Assembly (NCBI GenBank): GCA_964463005.1
Contig: CAYWZZ010000007.1
Span: 5,054 to 69,053, forward strand
From: an uncultured Candidatus Bathyarchaeia archaeon
GTDB lineage: Archaea; Thermoproteota; CALKCG01; B24
Reading direction: 5' to 3'
DNA: 64,000 nucleotides
Shown: positions 47,965 to 57,668 of the stretch, in pieces
How the letters are laid out: the number at the start of each line of letters is the position of its first letter
Position numbering within the stretch: the first letter of the stretch is position 1
Made by a program: the position numbers and the translations under genes
Notes under the pieces: generated by a model
Seen by the model: only the letters and a program-made list of their open reading frames with translations
Databases searched by the model: none
Told to the model about the DNA's origin: nothing

Positions 47965-49387
47965 GGCTCACCCTCCGAGGCTTTTTGAAGAGCTTCGAGA
48001 AGAGCTGAAGCCTTATGCTCTGTTTCAAACCACTCTCTTTCAGGAACCGAGTCAGCGACTATCCCCGCCCCAACTTGAATGAAAGCTTGCCTTCCGAAAG
48101 CCACAAGCGTTCTAATGGTTATGGCGAAGTCAGCATTGCCATTAAATGAGAAATAGCCCACGGCGCCAGCATAAGGCCCCCTTCGAACAGACTCAAGCTC
48201 TTCGATTATTTCCATGGCTCTGACTTTAGGTGCACCTGTAACAGTTCCAGCTGGAAAAACAGCTTTTAAAGCGTCGTAACAGCCTAAACCCCTCTTAAGC
48301 TTACCTATAACCCTTGAAACCATGTGTTGTACATGGCTATACCTATAGACTCTCATGAATTCCGGAACCTGAACCGAACCGTACTCACAAACTTTTCCAA
48401 CATCGTTTCTAGCCAAGTCGACAAGCATAGCGTGTGCAGCACATTCTTTAGGATCTTTCACAAGCTCTTCAGCTAGAGTCAAGTCCAGTGTAGGATCTTT
48501 GGGAACACGGGGTCTTGTCCCAGCTATAGGGAAGGTCTCAACAATCCCGCCCTCAACCCTTACGAGCATTTCGGGGCTTGATCCAACAATCTGACGACTT
48601 CTCATCTTCAGGAAATACATGTACGGCGACGGGTTAATTCTCCTCAAAGCCATGTAGAATGGTATTAAGCTTCCGTCAAAGTTGAATTCAATTCGTCTTG
48701 AAAGCACAACTTGGAAAATGTCCCCTGAAGCAATATACTCCTTAGATCTGACGACAGCCTCCTCAAACTGTTCCTTTTTAACATTCGTCCTTAAATTGGA
48801 GAAACTTAAGGGTTCATGTTGCGGCTCCATTTTAACGAACTCTTCAACCATGTTGATTCTATTAACCCCATAATAGTAATAGTAGGCTTCCCCCCTCTTG
48901 TGGTCAAATAACAACCCATCGTTGTAAATAGCCAACTCCACGTCTGGAAACTTGAAGTCGTCAAACGTCTTTTCAGGTAAACGCTCCCAATACCTGACGG
49001 CGTCGTAAGAAATGTAGCCTACAGCTCCGCCGACAAACCTTGGAGAGAGAGCTTCACACAACCCTCCAACAAGGCTTCTAATCAACGGGAGAGGATCCCG
49101 TGTTCTATACACGTTTTTGCAGTCATTCACCCTGTCTTGAACTTCAGCTAGCTCGTCCTTCACGCTCATCGCTATACATGGATCGAAACCTACAAAGGAG
49201 TATTCAGCTAGCTTTTCAGGGCCTTCAACAGATTCTAGAACATATGCATATTCACACGATTCCACAATTCTGCAGAAGAATTCAATAGGTGACAGCTTAA
49301 AGTCAAGTTTGACGAAGCGAGGTTTATCGGAAGCTAGTAAGCCAAAAGCAATCCCTCATGTTTGTACACCGTCTCCACTTGATTCAT
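47961..49387 (-). pseudogene. trpE: Anthranilate synthase component I; the main ORF (47961-49265) is intact, but the N-terminus appears cut off by a homopolymer frameshift
   Basis: The 434-aa ORF starts at GTG inside the conserved region (..ESCEYAYVLESVEG). The same frame stays open upstream (..GLLASDKPRFVKLDFKLSPIEFFCRIV). Adding one base to the A4 (plus-strand) run at 49344-49347 links it to ATG 49387 (MNQVETVYKHEGLL). A TTTAAATATA box lies just upstream. Confidence 0.75.
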
Positions 49388-49747
49388 AAAAGCTATATTT
49401 AAACGTTTATGAACAAAAATGTACATTAACTCTTCGCTTTATTTAGGGCAAATGGGTTTAAGCCGACATACAACTAAAGAATTCAAGCCACGTATATGCA
49501 CAACAGCTCCTAAAGCATGTCGTCGGCTTCCGTTGGAAGCACTTGTGGATAACGCCGTCTTCAACTCTGAAGACCTTTACAGCGTTCTCCTTCGTCTTCA
49601 CGACTTTAGCATAAAGCCGTCTCACCTACGTAGTTGTAAATCTCTGCGGAAGTTGTCATCTTACAGGTAGAGCTTTCTGAAAGCTCAAAAGGTGCTGTGA
49701 GATTCGAAATCAAAAGGGGGAATTACGCCTCAGCATCATTGTTTTTA

Positions 49748-50290
49748 CTACTTTAAGTAGCTTTTTCTAGCTTTAACGGCTTCTGCTATGATGTCTTGAA
49801 CTTTAAACGGATTTACGACAGAGTACAGCTTTACAGGCGATACTCCTACAGCTTGAATCACTATGGTGCCAGTGCCGTATACTCTATCCCATACTCCTCT
49901 ATCTACGTTAATCTGCTGTATATAATCTATGGTCAGCATATCGTAGTCTATACCTATGACTCCTTTACGTACAATGACTCTCATATCCGTTAAAACATAC
50001 CATATGTTTCTCCACACTAATATTGGATATACCAATGAGAGAAACGCTAGTAAGCATACTACACCATACCATAAGACGAAGAACAGTAATACTGGTAAGC
50101 TCCACAGAACGTTAAACGGTACTATTGAAATGGGTATTACCGCAAATACCAGTATAGGTATTAACCCCGTAAGGTATTTAAATATGAAGGGTTTGATGTG
50201 GGCTCTACCAATCCATAATATCCTCTCACCCTTAGATAGTATAGAGTAAAGATCGTCTGGGATGACCCCATTTACCATTTGTTTAGACAA
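49748..50290 (-). CDS. Membrane protein with a bacterial-type PH domain (bPH_2/YdbT-like)
   Basis: 180 aa with two TM helices, followed by YVLTDMRVIVRKGVIGIDYDMLTIDYIQQINVDRGVWDRVYGTGTIVI. Confidence 0.5.
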   Translation of the reverse strand: MSKQMVNGVIPDDLYSILSKGERILWIGRAHIKPFIFKYLTGLIPILVFAVIPISIVPFNVLWSLPVLLFFVLWYGVVCLLAFLSLVYPILVWRNIWYVLTDMRVIVRKGVIGIDYDMLTIDYIQQINVDRGVWDRVYGTGTIVIQAVGVSPVKLYSVVNPFKVQDIIAEAVKARKSYLK

Positions 50291-50394
50291 AATCTATCAG
50301 CCTATCCGGCACTCCACTAATTATTGGGCATGGAAGCTTATATATTTTAAAGAATCATACGCTGTAAATAGAACGTTAATGGTGGAGTGAAGCC

Positions 50395-51288
50395 GTGAAA
50401 GGGTTAGTGTTTAATCCAATGGGTGGAGTTATAAAGAAAGCCGCTATCTTCATCGTAATGACATATTTTTCCGCTTTAATTTCAGATATCGCAACATTAT
50501 GTGGACTACTACCGTTAATTCCATGGGGTTTTTTAAGAATGTGGAGCGTTGCAATATCCACCATGATATGCTCAGCATTATTTAAGGAGGGCGTTTCTCC
50601 TCTGCTTAAGAAGTACTTGAAGTTTTCAGTTGAATCGCTCAAACTTTACTTGCTATCGCCGTTTATAGTATACCTAGCCTTAGGAGTTTACGTAACTATA
50701 GCCTCCTCCCTAGGACTCTTCGATTTCTCCGCTTACATAGAGCTGATAGCCATAGAGGTTGCTAAAACATCCAATGTGACTGAAGAGCAAGCAGTGCATT
50801 TAGCTACGACTTCAGTCTACGTTCAGATAATATCAGCATACGTAGCCGCGATAACCGTAAACGCTATATTCGCTTTAGGTGAGGAGATCGGATGGAGAGG
50901 TTACCTTTACGACCTTCTCGGCTCTAAACCTTCAACAAAAGCCGTCTTAACAATAGGAATTGTGTGGGGGCTTTGGCATGCGTCAGCAATAATCCTCCTA
51001 GGATATAACTACCAGTTCAATAGGTTAACTGGAGTAGCTCTTTTTACACTAATTACGTTATTTTTCACATATCCTCAACTCATAGTGACGAGTAGGGCTG
51101 GTGGAAGCGTTTTACCAGCGTCATCATTCCACGGTATGGTAAATTCAATATGGGGGCTGACCGTAGTTGCATCAAGGTTATCGAAAGAGCTTGGAGAAGT
51201 GGTATTAGGACTCGGTTTCACGGGAATAATGGCATGGATAGTAGTGGATATAGCGCTTTACATGATGGTAAAGATGCATCGCTGGTAA
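50395..51288 (+). CDS. CPBP-family intramembrane glutamic endopeptidase (CAAX protease/Abi-like)
   Basis: 297 aa, polytopic. Motif 1 is GEEIGWRGYL (EExxxR), motif 2 is VWGLWHA (FxxxH-like) and motif 3 is SSFHGMVN. Confidence 0.7.
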   Translation: MKGLVFNPMGGVIKKAAIFIVMTYFSALISDIATLCGLLPLIPWGFLRMWSVAISTMICSALFKEGVSPLLKKYLKFSVESLKLYLLSPFIVYLALGVYVTIASSLGLFDFSAYIELIAIEVAKTSNVTEEQAVHLATTSVYVQIISAYVAAITVNAIFALGEEIGWRGYLYDLLGSKPSTKAVLTIGIVWGLWHASAIILLGYNYQFNRLTGVALFTLITLFFTYPQLIVTSRAGGSVLPASSFHGMVNSIWGLTVVASRLSKELGEVVLGLGFTGIMAWIVVDIALYMMVKMHRW

Positions 51289-51389
51289 AAACGAAATAAA
51301 AACCAGTCCTCTATTTTTGAGGAAGTTTAAATCTACCCAATGTAGTGCGTTGAAGCAGTTATCGGCACTTATCTGTATCTCTTAAATTC

Positions 51390-52007
51390 TTATATTATTC
51401 CAAGCCATATACCTATCCGCTCTCCAAGATAAACTAAAACTGTGAATAAGACGAGTCTCGTGAGAAATGTTAAAACCAAGAAGATATCAAAACGTGCCTT
51501 TAAAAGCCCACATAGGAGAGACAATACTTCTACTGGCATGACTGGAATAAGCCCGAAGATTACGTAGATAACCCACCCTCGTTTAGCCCATAGATTTAAG
51601 ATATCTTTAAGCTTATCCTCGCCGAGCTTTTTCGCAACATATGGTCTTCCCAATTTGTAAGCTAAGCCGTAATTGATTGCCATGCCTATTGTAAACCCCG
51701 TTGTTGCAACAAAGATTAATAATACTTGGGGAAGGCCGAAGGAAGCGGCTATCAACACTAGAGCCGGGCTTCCGAGAGGTATCACAGTACCCGCGAGTAC
51801 TGTTGCGATAAAGACTCCTAAGAGACCATAGCTTTCAAAGAGTGGCTTCACATCTAATAGAAGATGCCTTACATTGAGACCTTTCAATATTAGGATAATG
51901 GTTAGACAAACGACTGCTACTGCTAATAACTCTAGAGTAACTGGCTTTTTAACCCATGAGGCTCTAATGACATCTGAAGGTTTTTTCTCCGATTTTCCGT
52001 TAATCAT
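51390..52007 (-). CDS. DedA/VTT-domain membrane protein
   Basis: 205 aa. YGLLGVFIATVLAGTVIPLGSPALVLIAA... and the overall TM pattern match the DedA/SNARE-associated family. Confidence 0.55.
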   Translation of the reverse strand: MINGKSEKKPSDVIRASWVKKPVTLELLAVAVVCLTIILILKGLNVRHLLLDVKPLFESYGLLGVFIATVLAGTVIPLGSPALVLIAASFGLPQVLLIFVATTGFTIGMAINYGLAYKLGRPYVAKKLGEDKLKDILNLWAKRGWVIYVIFGLIPVMPVEVLSLLCGLLKARFDIFLVLTFLTRLVLFTVLVYLGERIGIWLGII

Positions 52008-52131
52008 GGTCGTGTGAAGCCACAGTTTAACGTCATACGCTCTACTATTTGCTTTGCACCTTTCAAGTCCTACTCTTTCTATATTCGAGGGAAAAAGGGT
52101 ATTAATGGTTTTTTAGCGAAGTATTGCAATG

Positions 52132-52371
52132 CTATGCTTGTAGTCGAAGCAGGATCTGTATGACCATGAATATTGTGAAGGCTACGAGTATTGCTATCCA
52201 TATTTTCCTAAACCTCTCCATGGATTTTCTCTCCTTAACAGCTTTCTCCTCACATTTAGGGGAGCAGTATTTCTCATTAGGCGGGACGACTCTTCCGCAG
52301 ATTTCACAGTGTCTATGGTCTGGGACATCGATAGCTTCAACCTCCTTTCGCTTTTTAGGTTTCTGATTCAA
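52132..52371 (-). CDS. DUF2116-like zinc-ribbon protein with a C-terminal TM helix
   Basis: 79 aa with HRHCEICGRVVPPNEKYCSPKCEE and then a hydrophobic tail. Confidence 0.45.
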   Translation of the reverse strand: MNQKPKKRKEVEAIDVPDHRHCEICGRVVPPNEKYCSPKCEEKAVKERKSMERFRKIWIAILVAFTIFMVIQILLRLQA

Positions 52372-52425
52372 GAGCTACACCTAAAGTTTAATTTTTTCAA
52401 TCTCCTTTTAAACTAAACGTTAATT

Positions 52426-53343
52426 ATGGGTTTTAAAAAGTTCGGCTGGTGGGGTTTTGAAGTAACGATACCCGATAACTGGGATATAAGCATAGATAGA
52501 GGGGGGTATAATAAAGGTTACGTTAGAATAGATGATCCTAAAGTGCCGAGGCTGGAGATTTCATGGGAGCCGTATAAGAAAGATAAAATCAAGTCTCTCG
52601 ACGAAATCTCCGAAGGCATCAAAAAAGAATTGCAGAAGAAGAGTAAGGATGTTAAGTTTATAGGTAAAGGTGGGTCGGCGAGAATAGCAAAACATACGGC
52701 TAAGTATCTCCATTGGAGGATAGATGAATTTGAAGGATATGTCGTTTTCTGGTATTGTGATGAAAATTTAAAATTTTATCGTGTTCAAATGCTATTTAAA
52801 CGTGATGAATATTGGAGTTTTAAGAAAACAATTTTAGATGTTTTAAAATCTTTTAAATGTCATGTTAAAAATGATATTTATAGTTGGACTGTTTTAGACT
52901 TCAATTTGAAGCTTCCTAGGGATTTTAAACTTATCAGTAGAAGCTATAAGTTAGGCAATATTGCACTTGCTTTCGAATCTAAAGATTCATATGTATTCAT
53001 AAACAGGATAAGCGTCGCCGACGTTCTCCTAGAAGAGAAATATGAGGGCGACCTTATGAACGTATTGGAGAACGAACACCTACCTAATATTAGAATTAGG
53101 CTTAAAATATCTAAGTTTAAGTCTTCTAGGAGCTTTCAAGACGATTTTCATAGAGGACTTGTAATGAGTTCTTCTTACAAAATTGGTCTAATAATGCCTA
53201 AAGAGTTTTACGTAAAGACGAGAATATGGCTCTGCAAGAAAACCAATAAAATATACGCCGTCACAATAGCCGTTAGAAAAAGTCCAGAGTTGGATAAGTT
53301 TAGAAGACGACTGGAAACTTTATTATCTACATTGTGCCCATAA
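52426..53343 (+). CDS. Hypothetical protein, apparently two tandem related beta-rich halves
   Basis: 305-aa ORF with no recognisable motif. Both halves begin with a W-x-h-x-h-x-h-P-x-D/N-W/F-type strand (WGFEVTIPDNWDI; WTVLDFNLKLPRDFKL). It lies 19 nt upstream of the PqqD-like gene. Confidence 0.35.
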   Translation: MGFKKFGWWGFEVTIPDNWDISIDRGGYNKGYVRIDDPKVPRLEISWEPYKKDKIKSLDEISEGIKKELQKKSKDVKFIGKGGSARIAKHTAKYLHWRIDEFEGYVVFWYCDENLKFYRVQMLFKRDEYWSFKKTILDVLKSFKCHVKNDIYSWTVLDFNLKLPRDFKLISRSYKLGNIALAFESKDSYVFINRISVADVLLEEKYEGDLMNVLENEHLPNIRIRLKISKFKSSRSFQDDFHRGLVMSSSYKIGLIMPKEFYVKTRIWLCKKTNKIYAVTIAVRKSPELDKFRRRLETLLSTLCP

Positions 53344-53362
53344 CTAATAGAGGTCCCCAATT

Positions 53363-53794
53363 TTGAAGCTTCCAGGTGTCTTCTCTAAGATTTTAGGTAG
53401 GAAAAAGCCTGAAGAAGTACCGAGTGTAGATAAAGACGTCGTGTTAAACTTAGCACCCATAAGAAACCCCGCTATAACTTGGAGAAGATACAGGAGCGGT
53501 GAAGTCGCTCTGATAGTTTCTGTTAAAAAGAAGGGTTTAATGGCGCGTAGAGATAAGTCTGAAAGAGAGAAGAAGATAATACTTGATAAGATAGGTTCAT
53601 ACGTTTGGACTTTATGTGATGGAGAACATACGTTTAAAGAAATAGTTGATGCTTTGGTTGAAAATTATAAGCTACATAGAAGGGAGGCTGAAATATCCCT
53701 CGCAAAATACTTAGATATTTTATCCAAGAAGGGTGTAATAAGCTTCATGCCAAATAAACTCTCTCTACTTAAAGAAGAAAAACCAAAACAATAA
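53363..53794 (+). CDS. PqqD-family (RRE-type winged-helix) protein
   Basis: 143 aa. The C-terminal half, LDKIGSYVWTLCDGEHTFKEIVDALVENYKLHRREAEISLAKYLDILSKKGVISF, matches the PqqD/RiPP-recognition-element pattern. Confidence 0.5.
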   Translation: MKLPGVFSKILGRKKPEEVPSVDKDVVLNLAPIRNPAITWRRYRSGEVALIVSVKKKGLMARRDKSEREKKIILDKIGSYVWTLCDGEHTFKEIVDALVENYKLHRREAEISLAKYLDILSKKGVISFMPNKLSLLKEEKPKQ

Positions 53795-53886
53795 AAGCCA
53801 GTTTAAAAGAAAACTACGCCTTTTAAGCAAAACACTAGCCCTGAAGGAATGTACATAGTCTATAAACCACTCTTAAAAAAGAGGCT

Positions 53887-54804
53887 TCATCTGAAGATTT
53901 TAAACAACGGATGGCTTCTATCTATTTGAACTTGTTTAAAGCGCATGTTGTAAGCTATGTAGCTTGATATAACTGCGCAGGCGGGATATATGTACTTAGC
54001 GTGTGAAATGGGACCATAGAGTATGAAGTTAGCACCCATGATTATCGGTAGTGCTTGTGAAACTGCATCGCAACATTTTAAAACTTCCGGTTGTAGATCC
54101 TTTACTTTCTTCCATAGTGAAATAGCGTTAGCTGGACCACAGCCAGTTGGCAGACCTGTTTCAGCTTTAACGTTATAGATTGTTTGAGATGCTAAGCCTA
54201 TATCTGGCATATCGAGAACACATACGTCTACCAATATTTTCTCAGCACCAGCTTTCCTAGCGGCTTCAAGTAAACCCGGCTTATCGCTCAATCCAGTTAA
54301 GGTCTTTAACCTTCCTCTAGGTGTAGGGTCTCTTGGATTAAATAACTGTAGGACGACATTTTTCATACCAGACTCTTTTATTGCGATGAGCTCCTCTTCC
54401 TTGTAATTTATGTCTAGAGAATTGTATATGGCTCTGCTGGATAAGCCAACTTCAGCTATGTACTTAGCGGCTTGCACTCTAACGTCGGCTGTTACCCCGT
54501 CTAGTAGAAATGGGCTATTAGTTTTATCCGCTACAAATTCTACAAAACGTATAAGCGCTTCAGAAGTATGCCCTACGACATCTATAATCCTCGAAAGACC
54601 GTACTCATCGGATACTTCGGCTTCTTCATTAAGTAGTTTCTCAGCTTTAACTTTATCAAATACTCCTTTAGATTCATCTAGTACTATCTTATGACCCTTG
54701 TAGAATATGCTTCCAATCATAACTGGTGGTAGTTGACCCGGTTGACCGCCGATTTTAACGCCGCCTATTTCAAAAATCATCTGATCTCTTTCAAACTTAA
54801 ACAT
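53887..54804 (-). CDS. mtrH: MtrH-like methyltransferase (tetrahydromethanopterin S-methyltransferase subunit H homologue), stand-alone
   Basis: MFKFERDQMIFEIGGVKIGGQPGQLPPVMIGSIFYKGHKIVLDESKGVFDK... closely follows the MtrH N-terminal consensus, and PFLLDG and IYNSL blocks follow. The track ORF starts 3 codons earlier, at GTG 54813. Confidence 0.75.
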   Translation of the reverse strand: MFKFERDQMIFEIGGVKIGGQPGQLPPVMIGSIFYKGHKIVLDESKGVFDKVKAEKLLNEEAEVSDEYGLSRIIDVVGHTSEALIRFVEFVADKTNSPFLLDGVTADVRVQAAKYIAEVGLSSRAIYNSLDINYKEEELIAIKESGMKNVVLQLFNPRDPTPRGRLKTLTGLSDKPGLLEAARKAGAEKILVDVCVLDMPDIGLASQTIYNVKAETGLPTGCGPANAISLWKKVKDLQPEVLKCCDAVSQALPIIMGANFILYGPISHAKYIYPACAVISSYIAYNMRFKQVQIDRSHPLFKIFR

Positions 54805-54890
54805 CGCATCCACCCATTTTGTGAGATAGAGATTAGGTTAAATTAATATATTTAAGTTGTTCTCTTAGAGAGTAACTGGAAGTTAATTGG

Positions 54891-55211
54891 GTGGTGAGTG
54901 TAGACATGTGCTCCTATTCTAAAGTTAGGAAGCTTCAGGGGATAGTTGAATCGATTGAGCGTACAGGTGAGAAGAAAATCGATGAGAACGGTATAGAATG
55001 GGAGAAATGCATCTTCAACGTTAGGCTAATAGGCTTTTCTAAGAGGACTCCGGATGAAGTGCTTCCTGAACACCTTAAGGGTAAAATCGTTAAACTCGTC
55101 CGATGGGCTGCCTTCGACTGGCATTTTAAAACAAGTGTAAGGAAGACGCTTGAACCTGATGAAACGGAGGCAGTTTTAGAAGGTAGAAAAACCAGTACTG
55201 TTTACTGGTGA
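54891..55211 (+). CDS. Hypothetical protein
   Basis: 106-aa ORF with no recognisable motif. It is called only on ORF length and its intergenic position. Confidence 0.3.
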   Translation: MVSVDMCSYSKVRKLQGIVESIERTGEKKIDENGIEWEKCIFNVRLIGFSKRTPDEVLPEHLKGKIVKLVRWAAFDWHFKTSVRKTLEPDETEAVLEGRKTSTVYW

Positions 55212-55309
55212 TGCGTAGAGAATTTAAGGGGAGAGATATTTACCGTGGAAAAATAGCATGACCAAGGGAAGATTTATATTTACAGTCAAAACTCTCACAC
55301 CTAGAGACC

Positions 55310-55783
55310 ATGAGCGCTTCAACCTTTGAGAAGGTCTTCTTGAATGCTATGAGGAAGACTATAGGCGAGGTCATGAACTACGATAAAGACTTTGAAGAGG
55401 TTAAGAATGAACTTAAGAAACTTATAAAATCCAATCGTATAGATGCGAGAGACGTTCAGCAGATATTGGACCAAATACCGTCTTACGTATTCGGGTCACT
55501 TGTAACATATATAGCGATAGGCGCCATATTTGAAGGAGCGTCAAAGGAGATGAAGATTCAGAAGATGATAGCAGACGTCTTCATTAAAGTCTTTGAAGAA
55601 AAGGGTATTCAAATTCTCCTGAACCATTGTAACATAGAAACTGCTAGGAATATCCTTGGAGATGAAAAAGTTGAGGAAATAGCTGAGAAAATAACAACGG
55701 AAGACATATTTCAAACGGAAGAGTATGAAAAATTCTGCAATAAAATTATCAAAGTCTTAGAAGAGGTGCTTAAAGCTAAATGA
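55310..55783 (+). CDS. Hypothetical helical protein
   Basis: 157-aa ORF, rich in charged residues and helix-like, with no recognisable motif. Confidence 0.3.
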   Translation: MSASTFEKVFLNAMRKTIGEVMNYDKDFEEVKNELKKLIKSNRIDARDVQQILDQIPSYVFGSLVTYIAIGAIFEGASKEMKIQKMIADVFIKVFEEKGIQILLNHCNIETARNILGDEKVEEIAEKITTEDIFQTEEYEKFCNKIIKVLEEVLKAK

Positions 55784-56393
55784 AGATTTAAATGCTTGAT
55801 AATCATACTCTTGTAAATATCCGAAAAACTATGACTACCATACGTATTATGCATATTTAAAAATTTGATAGGCTCAACTGTGATTTATCGTCGATAATTA
55901 TTAACAAGATCAAAGTGTGGGAAGATGATCTTTAAGAAAAGCCCGTTATTTTACTGTCCAATACCTAATTATCCATTTCCCAAATTCTCTTACAGAACAA
56001 ATATCTCTCCCTTCTCTCTTGTTTCACAGTCGCTTACGATTATGCGGATCCGACTGTAATCCGAGTTTTCAAGTTTGCAGATATAGTCGTCTGGATTAAA
56101 TACCCGTATATCGACCGATTAAATTGGCAGTTTTATTTCTCAGCAAAGTCCTTACTAAAGTAGCTACCCCTCGACCCAGTATTGAATAGGGCTAGAGCCT
56201 CTACAACCATGCCATCCTTATGAACCCTAATCCTCTTTTCAACCTTGACCATTCCACCGCTCTCTTAAGAACCGTTTTAAAATATAAAGTTTTGGAGAGA
56301 AAGCCAATAAACATGAAAAACGACATCGAGACATTTGAAGAGGAGCTGAAGTCTATTATTGGGATTTGCGACGGGAAGATTGTGAATCCGTAG

Positions 56394-56479
56394 CGCCGGG
56401 GGTGGGATTTGAACCCACGAGCCCCGTATGGAGCACAGGCTTAGCAGGCCTGCACCCTACCAGACTAGGTGACCCCGGC
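56394..56479 (-). tRNA. tRNA-Ser(GCT): tRNA-Ser (anticodon GCT)
   Basis: Minus-strand sequence GCCGGGGTCACCTAGTCTGGTAGGGTGCAGGCCTGCTAAGCCTGTGCTCCATACGGGGCTCGTGGGTTCAAATCCCACCCCCGGCG. It has anticodon arm CAGGC-CTGCTAA-GCCTG and a long variable arm. Confidence 0.9.
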
Positions 56480-56736
56480 AATTGTACTCCTCTTACTCAA
56501 GAGTTGAGACTTCAGAGCTATTATTGTAGTTTACGTTTTTAAATCTTCTGTTAATTGTCGTAACTTCCATTAATTTCTCCTGTTTTCCAAAGCAGTACCA
56601 GAGGGGTCGTTAAAGGTTCTCTATGACGTGAGAAAGAGTAATCTTATTCCGTAATATCATTTTCAGAAAATCGTGCTTAAAAATCAACTTTAGCCTTCCC
56701 TAAACTTGGAAATAATCTTAATCGTAAAAGGGGTTT

Positions 56737-57114
56737 TCAGAGAGGTTTCTGATTCAATTCATCCCAAACACCGTCTAAAATCAATTCAACTACGAAACCG
56801 TTTACAATTTTGACTTCAGCCCTATGCTCGGTTAAAACTTGAAGTACAATTTTCCCAGTCCTATCACCATAACCTGAATGTCTACATGTGAAGCTGATTA
56901 CAACAAGCCAAGTGTTCTCATCGATTCTAGAGCTATCCACTACTTTTAAAGTCTCCTCCATACCATCCCATTTAAAAGTTGGTGAATCTTTCACGGCTTT
57001 TAAAGCTGTTTCCTCGGGATTCCAGTTGTCGAGAGGATTACGTGAATACGCTAGTATAAGGGAGAATATTCCTAGGCAAATCATCGTCAGAAGGATCAGC
57101 CTACCGTTTAACAT
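56737..57114 (-). CDS. Small membrane-anchored/secreted hypothetical protein
   Basis: 125-aa ORF with an N-terminal TM/signal segment (LILLTMICLGIFSLILAYS). Confidence 0.4.
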   Translation of the reverse strand: MLNGRLILLTMICLGIFSLILAYSRNPLDNWNPEETALKAVKDSPTFKWDGMEETLKVVDSSRIDENTWLVVISFTCRHSGYGDRTGKIVLQVLTEHRAEVKIVNGFVVELILDGVWDELNQKPL

Positions 57115-57608
57115 TTACTCACCGAGTAAATGGGTAGATTAGACGTTGATAATTCTAAACCCTAGAACACTATACGATACGGTTTTAATTCAAGCCTTTT
57201 AGCATTATCGTTTTTCATCAACAAAATTTCGATACGATCGAGGTTAAATAGTAGTTTTAGAGCAGAAGAAGTCCTCTTCACGTTGTGAGCATGCTTTCTA
57301 AGCCTTCGGTAATTGCAATTTCACAAACCCTTTTATCCCCAGTAAAAACTGTGTAGCCTTCACCATTTTGGCTGAAGCTATTTGCAGGGCGTTGTAATAA
57401 ACTCCCAACTTGCAAACCATCGATTTTTGAAGCTGACAAGCCTAATGACTTCGAAGTGAAACTTCAACTCGACTGTTTCATCATCCGTAATCCGTTTGGT
57501 ACGCTCGAAGATATCTTTACAATAAATCATTTTAGAGCTTCTCCTGTTCCTCAGTAATCGGGATTATCAGAGGATAAATTAAACTTGTGAATATTCAAAC
57601 CGACCCCT

Positions 57609-57668
57609 CCCCTCTATTTTTCTCCATTATATTTTCTATGGATTTTCTCCATGTTCTGCCCCGTTTTT
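57609..57668. repeat. Copy B (inverted) of the 60-bp repeat; the perfect 51-bp core is 57618-57668
   Basis: It is the exact reverse complement of 1784-1834 and forms the 3' end of the integrase-like relic. Confidence 0.9.
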
